Of a stretch of DNA of 64,000 nucleotides, positions 1 to 12,355 are shown in pieces (position 1 is the first letter of the stretch; every line of letters begins with the position of its first letter). The notes beneath the pieces were generated by a model. That model was not told the origin of the DNA. It ran no database searches and saw nothing but the letters and a program-made list of their open reading frames with translations. Source of the DNA: Azolla caroliniana (Eukaryota; Plantae; Polypodiophyta); contig JBHGNT010000088.1 of assembly GCA_043228905.1 (NCBI GenBank), forward strand, positions 1-64,000, given 5' to 3'. The translations under genes were made by a program, and so were the position numbers.

Positions 1-3000
1 ATCCCATTGTCTTGGCATTACCTTGGTTTGAATTACATAATCCAGACATAGATTGGAGAACAAGAGAAGTCCGACATCGACAACCCCAAGAATCTACTCA
101 TCGAGTTTCGACCATTTCACTACGTCAATTACGCGAAGAAGGACACAAGGAGGCAATGTTCCTATTTGCAATATCAGTAGATCCTTCCACCACTATTAAG
201 GAGGAATCCTTAGTGCAACTTTCGGCGAAATATCATCCTTATGCCGATGTATTTGACAAGGTAAAAGCTGGTACTCTTCCTCATCATCGTCCCTATGATT
301 GTCCCATCGATTTACAACCAGGAGCAGAGCCACCATGGGGACCAATTTACAACTTGTCACCCACCGAGTTAGAAGTCCTTCGAGCCTACATAGAGGAGAA
401 CTTGGCAAGCGGGTTTATTCGTCATTCAAAATCTCCGGCCGGTGCACCCATCTTCTTTGTCAAGAAGAAAGATGGTTCACTTCGTCTCGTCGTTGATTAC
501 CGTGGCTTGAATAAAGTCACCATCCGGAATAGGTATGCACTTCCTCTTATATCAAGTCTTTTAGAGCGAGTTAATGGTGCCAAGTTTTTTACAAAAATCG
601 ATCTACGAGGAGCGTATAACCTCGTGCGGATCCGACCAGGAGATGAATGGAAGACCGCCTTTCGCACGCAGTATGGGCATTTCAAATATATTGTTATGCC
701 ATTCGATCTAACCAATGCACCTGCAGTCTTCCAACACATGGCCAATGATATATTCAGAGACCTCTTGGATATCTGTTTGATCATCTATCTGGATGATCTA
801 TTGATTTATTCGAAGACCCAGGAAGAGCACGATTCTCATGTACTATTAGTACTAAAATGACTCCGCGAGAATGGTATTTATGCCAAGCTAGAAAAATGTA
901 GCTTTGACTGCAAGCAAGTGGAATTTCTAGGACACGTCAACTCCTCAAAGGGCATCTCCATGGATCCAGCTAAAGTCCAAACTGTGCTAGAGTGGCAAAT
1001 TCCACAGTCGGTACGAGATGTACAATGTTTTCTAGGTTTTGCTAACTTCTACCGCAAGTTTATACAGGATTACTCGAAGATTATTTTACCTCTCACACAA
1101 CTTACGAAGAAGGGACAAGCATTTCTTTGGTCCAATGAAGCGGACATCATGGCTTTTCGGCACCTTAAGAAAGCCTTTACATCAGCTCCTATTCTAGCTC
1201 ATGTGGATACAAAGAAATCATTCATCATGAGGCCGATGCATCGGACTTCGCCCTCGGTAGCATCCTTTCTCAACAAGGGGATAAAGAAGAGTTACATCCT
1301 GTGGCTTTCCATTAGCGCAAATTCGATGCCACGGAAATCAACTACAAAATACATGACAAGGAGTTATTAGCCATCGTGGATTCCTTTGTGCAATCGCGGC
1401 ATTTCTTAGAGGGCTCTCCACATCAGGTCATCGTCTTTAGTGATCACAAAAACCTTGCTTATTTCTAGAACGCTCGAGTGCTAAATCGACGGCAAGCTCG
1501 GTGGTCTCAATTCCTCACGCATTTTGACTTCAAAATCACATATCGACCGGGGAAGCAGCAAGGAAAAGCAGATGCGCTCTCACGGCATTCATATCTTGCA
1601 CCTCGTCCTAGTGATCCAGCGTTTGATAATCAAAAGCAAGTAATCTTGGGACCAACACGATTGCACATAACGCAAATTTTTCACACCCCAATGGATTCCC
1701 GGATTACCGATGCCATACGTGCGAACTTGAAGACAGGCAGTTTTGCTCAAGATATTCTGGCGCCAATTGATACCTCTCGGGCATCTTGTTCCCAATCTCA
1801 ACACCAGGTATGGACTACAGACAATTCGAATATCATGATGGTTTGTTATTCTTTAAAAAGCTTCTATATGTCCTCAATTGCTCCTGTCGCCTTCAAATCG
1901 TCAAAAATTGCCACAACACCCATACGGCGGGACATTTCGGTAGTACTAAGACGTTGGATCTCATTCAACGATCTTTTTGGTGGCCCCATATGCGACGTTT
2001 TGTCGACGACTATGTTCGGACTTGTGATGCTTGCTGCCGAGCAAAGATGCCTCGACACCATCCATATGGCTTGTTGGAACCCTTACCAATTCCAAGTAAG
2101 CCGTGGCAGTCTATTTGTCTTGATTTTATCACAGATCTACTGTTCTTGAAGGGGTTCGATGCTATCTTAACCGTCGTCGATCGATATGCTAAGATGGCAC
2201 ATTTTGTGTCGTCTACTAAGGCCATCACTAGCGAGGAAACCACTACCCTTGTCATGCGTGAGGTATTTCGACATCATGGCCTCCCAGACAGTATCATCAG
2301 TGACCGAGGACCTCAATTCGTCTCCAAATTTTGGCAACATCTCTTCAAGATGCTCAAGGTCTCTTGCAACCTCTCCTCCAGCTACCATCCCCAGACCGAT
2401 GGGCAGGCGGAACGAACACACCAAACGTTGGAACAATATCTCTGGTTTTTTCTGAGTTATCAACAAGACTATTGGGCCGAGATTCTCCACTTTGCAGAGT
2501 TTGCATATAATAATGTTGTTCACTCCTCGACTCGGGTCTCCCCATTTTATGCTTATACTGGTTCTCATCCTCGCTGGTCGATGATCGACACCCCGGAGCT
2601 ACCTCCCAATCCTCGTGCCGAGGATCATTTGGAGAGGCTACGCAAGATCCAGATGGATCTCTCTACTCATCTTCGTCATCCTCAACACACACAGAAGACT
2701 TATGCGGATCGTCATCGGCTTCCCTCCTCTTTTGCCATCGGAGATCGAGTATGGCTCTTACGTCGTCACATCAAGACTACTCGATCGTGCGACAAGTTGG
2801 ATTATCGACGACTTGGTCCTTTCCATATTTTACTAGTAAGTTTAATGATGTCACGTTCCGCCTTGATCTCCCTCCGCATCTTCAGATCCATCCGGTTTTC
2901 CATAGCTCTCTTCTTGAACCTTATAAAGCAAACACTATTCCCAATCGTGTTACACCACCACCGCCCCCACTTGAGTTGGAAGCCGGCCCGGAGTATGAAG

Positions 3001-3661
3001 TTGTTGCCATCCTCGATTCCAAACTTGTTCGCAACAAACTTTATTATTTGATCAATTGGATTGGCTATAGTCTGAGCGAACGTACTTGGGAACCCGTCGA
3101 GCATGTCGCCAATGCTCAGGATCTTCTTGCTGAGTTCCACCGAAAGTATCCGGACAAACCCGGTCCGCAATCAGCGCCGACTCATTCCACTCGTCGTCTT
3201 AAGGGGGAGATAGTGTCATGATATGGCAAAACTTGAACCCATGACCTTATATTATATGGGTCAAGCTCTTGACTATTATACCACCTATTGTAATACGTAA
3301 GATATTATTTTCATTTAAGTTTTGTTATAGGAAATTAATGTATATTCCAAATTTCTCTGTAACATTCTAGAAGCTTCAGGATTACTCCTGAGAACACTAT
3401 AAAAGAAGGCACTAGGCATTATTTTGAACCAAATTGGTTCAATTCCAGTCTTAAGCCTCATAGCCATCTTGTACTTACTCTTCCTATAATATATCGTCTG
3501 TTATCATCATCTTTCTCTCATCCTCACTATCTCTCTCTCTCTCTCTCTTCTCTTCTCTTTCCTCCCTCTCAGGAGTCTTACGCAATCCCGTCCGCTTAGT
3601 ACTAATAGTACTTCCCTTCTCTACTACTAATTCTCTCTCTGTTTTAGTACTATTCCTGACA
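1..3661 (+). mobile_element. Ty3/gypsy chromovirus (Tcn1-like) copy 1, 3' part: RT, RNase H, integrase, chromodomain, PPT and 3' LTR; pol broken by stops and frameshifts
   Basis: RT motifs [17 protein letters not shown] and YLDD (12-860); RNase H remnant (~1190-1590); integrase H-H-C-C, LDFIT, SDRGPQF and QTDGQAER (1786-2830); chromodomain EYEVVAILDS..YLINWIGY..TWEP (2751-3221); PPT aagggggagatag at 3201-3213. Confidence 0.95.
3214..3661 (+). repeat. 3' LTR of chromovirus copy 1 (448 bp)
   Basis: TGTCA...TGACA termini directly after the PPT; TATAAAA at 3398; clearly homologous to the LTR at 12604. Confidence 0.92.
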
Positions 3662-4090
3662 TTTGCATATAATCTAGAGTCACACCATTTGGTTTATGAT
3701 GAAGATAATGCATTGATTGGTACATCCGAGGATGACGAGGAGGAATCCTCATTGTATATTAGTTCTAGTAGTGATTCTCCGTAAAGGAGTGATCATGAAT
3801 GTATTTTTGGCTATTACGTGAGATTACCTTCCGCTTGTAACAAATCAAGTAAATTTATAAAAGCATGTGTTTTGAATTATTTTGATTCCTATGAATATTG
3901 TTTCTTATCAAAAAATATTTGTTGTAAAGTTTGTGATATAAATTAAACCTTAAACTTTTTGAAATTCCTCTTTATTTATTTATTTTAAAAACAAGAAAAT
4001 GGTGGATTTTCAGCCTTTTTCATAGTATATTTGAGAATGTAGGATAATGGTATCAATGTGTTTTGTAATATCACTGAAAAAGTACTAAAA

Positions 4091-4443
4091 TCAAACGGAA
4101 TAATCCTTATCCTTCCATTTATGTGCGATCCTTCCACTTGTGAACAAGAACGTGTTTAGTGATCTCATCTCGGTTCTATCCCCATTTGAGTGTGCGCGTT
4201 CGTCGCTTGAGTCCGTGAGCTCATTGTTCGATGTTTGGCGCCACTCTAGAACCGATAACACGTGCCAAGCCCGTATGCTCATCGTCGAGCATCGAGAGAC
4301 TTGTCCGGCCCAGATCGAATACTCGTCCGGACCGCAGTTACCCAAAAACTGATCCAATAACACGTCTTCCCTTATGGACTCCTTGGTTCGAGACCACGGT
4401 GGTCCCGCCCCATTCCAACACATCCACACAGAGAACCACGACA
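4091..4443 (+). mobile_element. LTR 3'-end fragment of a non-chromovirus gypsy family, abutting the RT of the next element
   Basis: Ends ...CACGACA; shares gtgagctcat and cttggttc..g.cc....tggtccc blocks with 7620-7810; followed directly by RT codons rather than a PBS; left boundary approximate. Confidence 0.6.
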
Positions 4444-7400
4444 CCGTGTATGACCAATTCCAGCTAGTCGTGGAAAGTAGGGATATCATGACAATGTGAA
4501 CCCCTCTCAGCCTAGTTCGGATGTGTACCCTACCGCAGGGTGGAACAAATTCGGTGGTGCACATGGTGAATGTGATGAACAAAGTGTTGAGGGACTGCAT
4601 CCCGGATATCACCATGCCATTTCTAGACGACATGCAGATCAAGGGAATTCCGGAGGACGCGAAGGACGAATTGGTCAGGGCGAACAAATGCCGAAAGTTT
4701 ATCACGGACCACATCTCCGACTGCAAGAAGATACTGCAGAGGCTTGAGGGTGCTCGGCTTACCTTCTCCGAGGAGAAGTCGGCGTTCGGACAATCGGAGA
4801 TTCTGGTAGTTGGACACCTGTGCAAACCATACGATCGGAAACCATCTTCGGCAAAGGTGGAGGCCATCTCAACGATGAAGGAAGAGTGTAGGTTGCTCAC
4901 GGAGCTCCAACGGTTCCTAGGAGCATGCGCCTTCTATCACATATGTATCCCGCACTACTCGCACATAGCCAAGCTACTCTACGGGTTGCTGAAGAACGGT
5001 CGAAAGTTCGTATCGGGCGAAGAGCACACAGAGGCAGTTCGGAGACTGAAGGAGAAGCTAACAATGACATCGGCTCTCTGGAAAGCAGTATACAAGATAG
5101 GCACTCCAGTTCGCGTGACGGTGGACACGAATCCAACCGAAATCGGATGGGTGATCAATCAGGAGGATGAGCCCGGCACGCGGTTCCCCATCCGATTCGG
5201 TGTGAAGGTGCTGAGCGAGCGACGAGGATACACCCAGGTTAAGCGCGAGCTTTGGGGTATCGTTTCAATAGTTAAGGCCGATAAGGATTATCTAATCAGG
5301 GCAAAAGTAATTATCGACACAAACTGCCTACCGATTCTCGGCATGGTTTCCGAATGCGTGACTCCGAACCTGGCAATGCTCAAGTGGATCACGTACATAA
5401 AGTCTCTAAATCCAGAGATCTGGCACATATGCAGGAAAGACAACACTATGGCCAATATACTTTTGGGAGCATGGTGTGATGACGAAGATAGCATGGCATC
5501 AGGGGATGAAGAAGTCGGCGTGGACTTCTTCAAATCGGCTCGAATGTCAGCGAACAAACATACCACTCCGGCCCTGAACGAGTTCGACGAGGAGTGGCTT
5601 CAAATCAGGCGGTTCCTAAGCACGATGGCAACGAATGCATCTTTGACAAAGGAGGAAGCGGTCCGAATCATGAAGAAGGCATATCATTTCCTCTTACGGA
5701 ATGGTAAGATATTGAGGCACCTGAAGAAATGGACCAGCACACCACTTCGAGTGGTGACGAAGGAAGAGGATCAGTCGATGCTCGTGTCGGAATTTCACGA
5801 ACGCCCCTTGTCCGAACACCGGGGCACATGGGCCACATTCGAGAAGCTGAAGGAGAAGTACTGGTGGCCGGGAATGTATCGTGACATGCACCACTTGGTG
5901 ACGACATGCGAGAGTTGTCCGACGCCAACCATTCACTTCAAGTGGATGTTCGACTTAGTGAATATGCCGATGGGGGTAAGCCAAATGCGACACCTAGTGC
6001 TTGTGCAAGAGGACATGACAAACCAAGTGGAGGGCTGAGCGTTGCCGAACAAGACGACCGCAATCGTGTGTCGGTTCCTCATCGAAGATGTGATTTGCCG
6101 GTATGGGTGCTTGGGGAAGATAGTCGTCAATCGAGGGGAGCTGGACAAGCAAGAAGCGGAGGAGCTATTCCACCATCTAAGGGTCAAGCCCTCCCTCACC
6201 ACGACGTACAATCCGTAAGCCAACGGGAAGGTCGAGCGCGGGCAAAGGCCGATTGTGAAAGCATTAGTACGAGCATGCGACGAATGGGTCGGCAACTGGC
6301 CGAGGCTTCTTCCTTATGCTTTGTGGGTCGACCGAACTACGCACAATTTGGTAACCGGGTACATGATGACTAAACTCATATTCGGACAAAAGCCGATTAT
6401 GCCTATGGAGCGGACGATCTCTTCTTGGATGGACAATCTCTTCGTGGATGATGGTCAACTGGACGGAGGAAATGAGCGGAGAGGAGTTGTTGGCAGTGCA
6501 GATCCAACAACTCGAGCGAAGACCTGAAGACGTCAAGCGAGCGACATCGGGAATTAAAGAGGCGTGGAGGAGGAACAAGGGTCGGTTCGACCGGACACAC
6601 CGGCTCTGACTGAAGAGGATCGAGGAAGGCAATTGGGTGTTGGTCTACAACAGCAGCCTCGACAACGAGCACCGGCCGACCCAAAAATTTGTGAGGCGGT
6701 GGTTTGGACCTTACATGGTAACGAGCACAAATTACAATGCAACGTACCACCTGGCAGGGCTCGATGGGGCAAGGATCGTGGTACCAGTTGCAAGGAAACA
6801 GATCAAGGCCTTCAAGAAATGGCACGACGCGGAACCGGATCCCGAGATCGAAGACAGAAGCGCTGGCGAGGGCAAGCAATCGAATGAGGACTAGGAGGGG
6901 ACGAGTAAGGGCCAACCCGGAATCTCCACCGCCACACTACTTGGCACATGCCGAAGGATGTGCGGTTTGGTCGGGACGGATGTCGTGAAGAATTCCGGCC
7001 ATATGGAGAAAAAGGCGTCGAACACGTGTGTACGGGGGTTTCGACACGAGGAGGAAGACCGGTCGGATCGGCCCGTGAACAAGGGTGTGCATGTAGGCAC
7101 AAAACACAAGGACTGGAGTGCAAGAAATGTAAAAATGTGAAAAATATTAGTACTAGGTAGAGTAGTTAATGGGTACTTTATGCCTTACATGTATAGAGAA
7201 CAAGGATAGGTTTAGATGGAAAGAATCGAGGGCAATCTCTGACAGAAAAGATTGTTATTTAGTTGCGATGTAACGGCCTCCCCTTGGGCTATAAAAGGGG
7301 AGGTCAAGGATTTTGGAGTTCGAAGTGTTGTCGGTTGGAGAGATGAGCATTCGATTTACTATGTTTGTGTATCCTCTAATACTATGGTGTTCTCTACTCG

Positions 7401-7838
7401 CGTAGGAAGCCTGTGCACTCTTGAACAAAGGCCCACCAGTATCAGTGTCTGCGTGACTGTGAGTGTACAGAGCTCAAAGCTCTTCTGCCGGCCAAGTCCA
7501 GTTGTATTCTTTCCTATTTCTTTGTTAATCATTAGTATTTGCTAAGTCTCCCTTTGTGTCCAGTATCCCCGAGTCGTCTCTGTTCTACTCCCGATTGTGC
7601 GAGCATATCTGAAGGTGTGAGCCCGTGAGCTCATCGATTGCTACCCGAAACCGGCCCGGTCCGGTATTCGCCACCGAGCTCGTGCGCTCGCTATACGGGA
7701 ACTATCCGGCAAGGTTTTCTACAACCTAACCCGGACACCCTTCCTTTTTCCTCTTCTCATTCCCTCTTATTGGCTTCTTGGTTCAAGGCCCTAGTGGTCC
7801 CCCCCAGATCCTGCACGTACTTGCGGATTTTCGTGACA
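4444..7838 (+). mobile_element. Non-chromovirus Ty3/gypsy element, 5'-truncated: RT, RNase H, integrase with GPY motif, 3' LTR
   Basis: RT YDQFQL..MCTLPQGGTNS..PFLDD; RNase H VTVDTNPTEIGW and KRELWG; integrase H..H..C..C, NGKVER and RRWFGPY; no chromodomain; G-rich tract before the LTR at 6981. Confidence 0.9.
6981..7838 (+). repeat. 3' LTR of the non-chromovirus gypsy (~860 bp)
   Basis: Starts TGTCGTGAAG, ends CGTGACA (possibly 7841); TATAAAA near 7290; same terminus as the LTRs at 16735-17484 and 20874-21629 read on the minus strand. Confidence 0.8.
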
Positions 7839-7854
7839 ACATAGTATCGATTAA

Positions 7855-8335
7855 TATTTTGGAGTCTTATTTACTTGCCCATCACCTACCCACAAGTCAA
7901 CTACCTAGTCAAGCTCCTTAGTTAGTTCATGCAAACCCTCATGAAAGTCACATTGATTGTATTAATTGAGTGTTGCAATATGCTAGTGAAATACTTCATC
8001 ATAATATCTTACTAAAAGTGTGGACTATTGCTTTGACTTGAAATCTAGTCCTTAGATGTTAATCAGACGCAAAATACATCCAACAGAAGATCCACATTGA
8101 GATTTATGTTTTCGCACCACAACGGAGCAATCTCCAAAAGCAACATGAAACATCCAATTGTATAGACTCTATGAAGCACTAAGATAGAGTATAAGGTATA
8201 GCTATAGTTGTATGCGAAGCCATGTGGCATAAAAGGTTGTTGAAAGACATAACCAAATTGGTCAACAAACTAATATTGATCTATTGTGAAAATCTTACAA
8301 ACATTAAGCTTGCAAAGAATACATTGTATCGCCAA
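7855..8335 (+). mobile_element. Degenerate Ty1/copia RT-end and RNase H remnant
   Basis: Broken frames give GSLIYL-like, FMQ.P.ESH-like and CEAMWHKRLLKD..LIYCEN...IKLAKN motifs. Confidence 0.65.
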
Positions 8336-8339
8336 TTAG

Positions 8340-11200
8340 AGTGCTTACTAGATCCAAAAAACACTAGGAAGTAAACCCAGACAGATGCAAAAACGATGAT
8401 GCTTCTAAAATATGGATCTTGGAGGATACATGCCTAAAGACCTTAAAGTGGGATCCAGCAAAACTAGGATGCAAAACTCCGAAAGGTAGTATTATTCTGT
8501 TTTTCCGTTAATCGCTTGGCCACAGTATTCTATAGTGCAAGAACTTGGAGCAAGAGGGCCTTTCTAGCAACTGGATTGGGGAAAACTTGGATTATGATTT
8601 CCTAAACCAATACTAGAAACAATTACGGGCGACTAAGATTGCTGAAAAGATAAAAGCTTTCTTATAGCTATGTAGCCATAGATATCTTCCGCCAGGCGTT
8701 TGGTTGCAAAAAATGGGAATTGATGGGAATTGCAGGTTGTGCTATTTAGGACTCGAATCTCTAGACCATTGCTTACCAGAAGAAATCTTGGTTTTTTAAA
8801 ATCTTGGTTTCAAAATCTTGGTTTTTTAATTCCATATCAAATCTAGCGTTGTTAGCTTCGATTCGCATCTTTGAACACAGAAATCCGATATCACACGACC
8901 CAGGTATGAACATTTTAATTTACTCAAGGGCTCCTCTCAACTCCCTCGTCAAGGTTGCTAATTTCGTCATGTCTCTTGACCTGAGTTTCAAAATCTTGAT
9001 TTTTTAATTCCATATCATAGCTAGCGTTGTTAGCTTCAATTCGCAAGTTTGAACACAAAAATCCGATATCACACGAGCCAGGTATAAACATTTTAATTTA
9101 CCTACTAGTTCTTCTCAACTCCCTCGTCAAGGTTGCGAATTTCGTCATGTCTCTCTACCTGAGTTTCAAAATCTTGAGTTTTTAATTCCATATCATAGCT
9201 AGCGTTGTTACCTTCGATTCGCATGTTTGAACACAAAAATCCGATATCACACGAGCCAGGTATGAACATTTTAATTTACTCAAGGGCTCCTCTCAACTCC
9301 CTCCTCAAGTTTGCTAATTTCTTCATGTCTCTCGACCTGAGTTTCAAAATCTTGAGTTTTTAATTCCATATCATAGCTAGCGTTGTTACCTTCGATTCGC
9401 ATGTTTGAACACAAAAATCTGATATCACACAAGCCAGGTATGAACATTTTAATTTACCTACTAGCTCTTCTCAACTCCCTCCTCAAATTTGGTAATTTCG
9501 TCATGTCTCTCGACCTGAGTTTCAAAATCTTGAGTTTTTAATTCCATATCATAGCTAGCGTTGTTAGCTTCGATTCCAATGTTTGAACACAAAAATCCGA
9601 TATCACACTCGCTAGGTATGAACATTTTAATTTACTCAAGGCCTCCTCTCAACTCCCTCGTCAAGGTTGCTAATTTCGTCATGTCTCTCGACCTGAGTTT
9701 CAAAATCTCGATTTTTTAATTCCATATCATAGCTAGCGTTGTTACCTTCGATTCGCATGTTTGAACACAAAAATCCGATATCACACGAGCCAGGTATGAA
9801 CATTTTAATTTACTCAAGGGCTCCTCTCAACTCCCTCCTCAAGTTTGCTAATTTCTTCATGTCTCTCGACCTGAGTTTCAAAATCTTGAGTTTTTAATTC
9901 CATATCATAGCTAGCGTTGTTACCTTCGATTCGCATGTTTGAACACAAAAATCTGATATCACACAAGCCAGGTATGAACATTTTAATTTACCTACTAGCT
10001 CTTCTCAACTCCCTCCTCAAATTTGGTAATTTCGTCATGTCTCTCGACCTGAGTTTCAAAATCTTGAGTTTTTAATTCCATATCATAGCTAGCGTTGTTA
10101 GCTTCGATTCCAATGTCTGAACACAAAATTCCGATATCACACTCGCTAGGTATGAACATTTTAATTTACTCAAGGCCTCCTCTCAACTCCCTCGTCAAGG
10201 TTGCTAATTTCGTCATGTCTCTCGACCTGAGTTTCAAAATCTCGATTTTTTAATTCCATATCATAGCTAGCGTTGTTACCTTCGATTCGCATGTTTGAAC
10301 ACAAAAATCCGATATCACACGAGCCAGGTATGAACATTTTAATTTACTCAAGGGCTCCTCTCAACTCCCTCCTCAGGTTTGCTAATTTCTTCATATCTCT
10401 CGACCTGAGTTTCAAAATCTTGAGTTTTTAATTCCATATCATAGCTAGCGTTGTTAGCTTCGATTCGCATGTTTGAACACAAAAATCCGATATCACACCT
10501 CCTCAGGCAATTGATGGGAATTGCAGGTTGTGCTCTTTAGAACTCGAATCTTTAGACCATTTCTTATGGGAATGCTCTTATGCACAGGATGTTTGGTCGA
10601 AAGTGGTGAGAATACTAATGAAGAGCATGCTAAAAGGCTCCATATCTTTGCTATTTGCTCAATGGTGGAGATTGGAGACAAAAGCTTGGATATCAGAAAA
10701 CCTAGGTAGGTTGAAGGCGTTTTGGGTGCAAAGAAATAAATGCATTGTACATCCAGTCATGGAAATGCAAATTTGGTGTTCGAATAGGCTAAGTGACATC
10801 TGGCTCACCATAGCCTCTATCACATATGCAAAGATGCAAAGTAGGTCTCGCTAGAAAAGAAAGACGACCAAAGGAGACAATCACTGCTCTATGGTATGAT
10901 CTAATTCCGAATACTGGAGCTCAATCTAAACAGCTGGAAGGAACTTCAAACACAATGGAAGCTGCAAGACTTTCCTTTCAATAGTCCTGCGCGGATTCAC
11001 CCAAGTTAGTAGATTATGTAGATGGCGTGCCAAAGTGGTGTTACACCATAGCAAAATGAATATTTCCAACTTGGCAGCCCAACCAGAAAGGTACATGGTA
11101 TTTTTCTGAAATCTTACATATTGTAGGATGATAAACACATACTAGGGTAATGTGGTTGAATGTCTATAATGACATTTTTGTTGTACATATTGGTGTAAAG
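8340..11200 (+). mobile_element. Decayed LINE (L1/Tx1-like) ORF2 C-terminal remnant, interrupted by the satellite array
   Basis: zf-RVT-type C..C...ESLDH.LWEC at 8731-8775 and 10522-10580; the distal part recurs at 30548-31100; boundaries approximate. Confidence 0.6.
8807..10498. repeat. Tandem satellite, 178-bp monomer x9.5, with a 534-bp trimeric higher-order repeat
   Basis: gtttcaaaatct recurs at 8807, 8985, 9163, 9341, 9519, 9697, 9875, 10053, 10231 and 10409, an exact 178-bp period. Confidence 0.98.
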
Positions 11201-11606
11201 CCACTATACATATCTAATGTGAAGTATCTTCTGAAAATAAAAATAAAAGACTGTTGTGTTTCATGCCTGCACTAAGCACATCAAGGTACACTATCATCTT
11301 ATCTGTGAGTAGATATTAGCCATTGAAAATGACCTACAATATATAAATATCAACAAAACAGTGGACGAAATTTTCAGAAAGGCATTAGGTCAAGACAACT
11401 ATAACAATTCTTAGTGGCTCTAGGATAACTCAATGCATTGGGCTTGATGGGGAGTACAATTCTTAGTACCTTGAGGGGTCACGAGTCGTCATAAAGATAA
11501 CATCTAACTGTAGAATGCCTAACTAAGAAAAAGAGATTACAAAACAATTGAATGGCCTTAGCAATCCTGAAGATGATACAAGAGATTTTAACCCTCTTCA
11601 CATTAG

Positions 11607-11647
11607 CTACAAATTGTTAACGATTTCTAAAAGTGAGGTGTATGTAC

Positions 11648-11688
<41 letters not shown>

Positions 11689-12224
11689 TACAAGATGAGC
11701 ACAGCCTGACATAAATCTTGTAAGTTCTACCTGCAAGAATGTTTATTCCATTCAGAGAGGCCTCAAAAAAGTTGTTGCCTTGTATTTCTTTCAAGCTCGA
11801 TAATTCTTCTTTCGAATTGTGGACCACGAAATGTCCTTGTGCACTGATACAAACTTGATTCTTTTCCAGATGATCCTCACAATCACCATTAAGACTAGCC
11901 TTCAAGTGCTCATTACTTGTCAAAAGTGGTTCCTTAGCATCATCACTGAACCCATTGTATTGATGTAATGCAGGAATTACATTATTGAGCTCTGGGTCTT
12001 TAAAGGATGGCTCCACATATCTATCTCCACGGATCGGGGGGGATCGCATCGGTGGCGATCGCATTGAGGGGGATTGGGGAGATCACATTGAGAGAGACCT
12101 AGAAAACAAATTCATTGAGTTCTCGTAGGTTTGTGACCAATAAAGTTTCTCGGGGGAGCGATTCTCCGCCACCAAGCCCATGTCTAGGTGTGGAGAACTA
12201 ATTACAATGGGAGTATTGGTCTGG
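11607..12224 (-). pseudogene. Truncated, internally deleted duplicate of the AVT1-family transporter gene at 31742-33904
   Basis: 11731-12224 matches exon 1 without its first ~25 codons; intron 1 start with (CA)n is fused directly to the last codons and stop (11607-11642); exon 2 and nearly all of exon 3 are absent. Confidence 0.93.
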
Positions 12225-12355
12225 TTGTTGGAAATTATAAGAAAAAATAATACAAATTAATAATAACTAAATTATAAAATAAAAATAAACAATTATGACT
12301 TTTACGCATCTCAAGAAATTTTTGATGGGTTCGCTCTCCAGTCATGAACCTTTTA

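Noticed and set aside
8807-10498. CRISPR array, or Arabidopsis CEN178 homologue
   Set aside because: Units are contiguous with no unique spacers and there are no cas genes; only the length matches CEN178, not the sequence as I recall it
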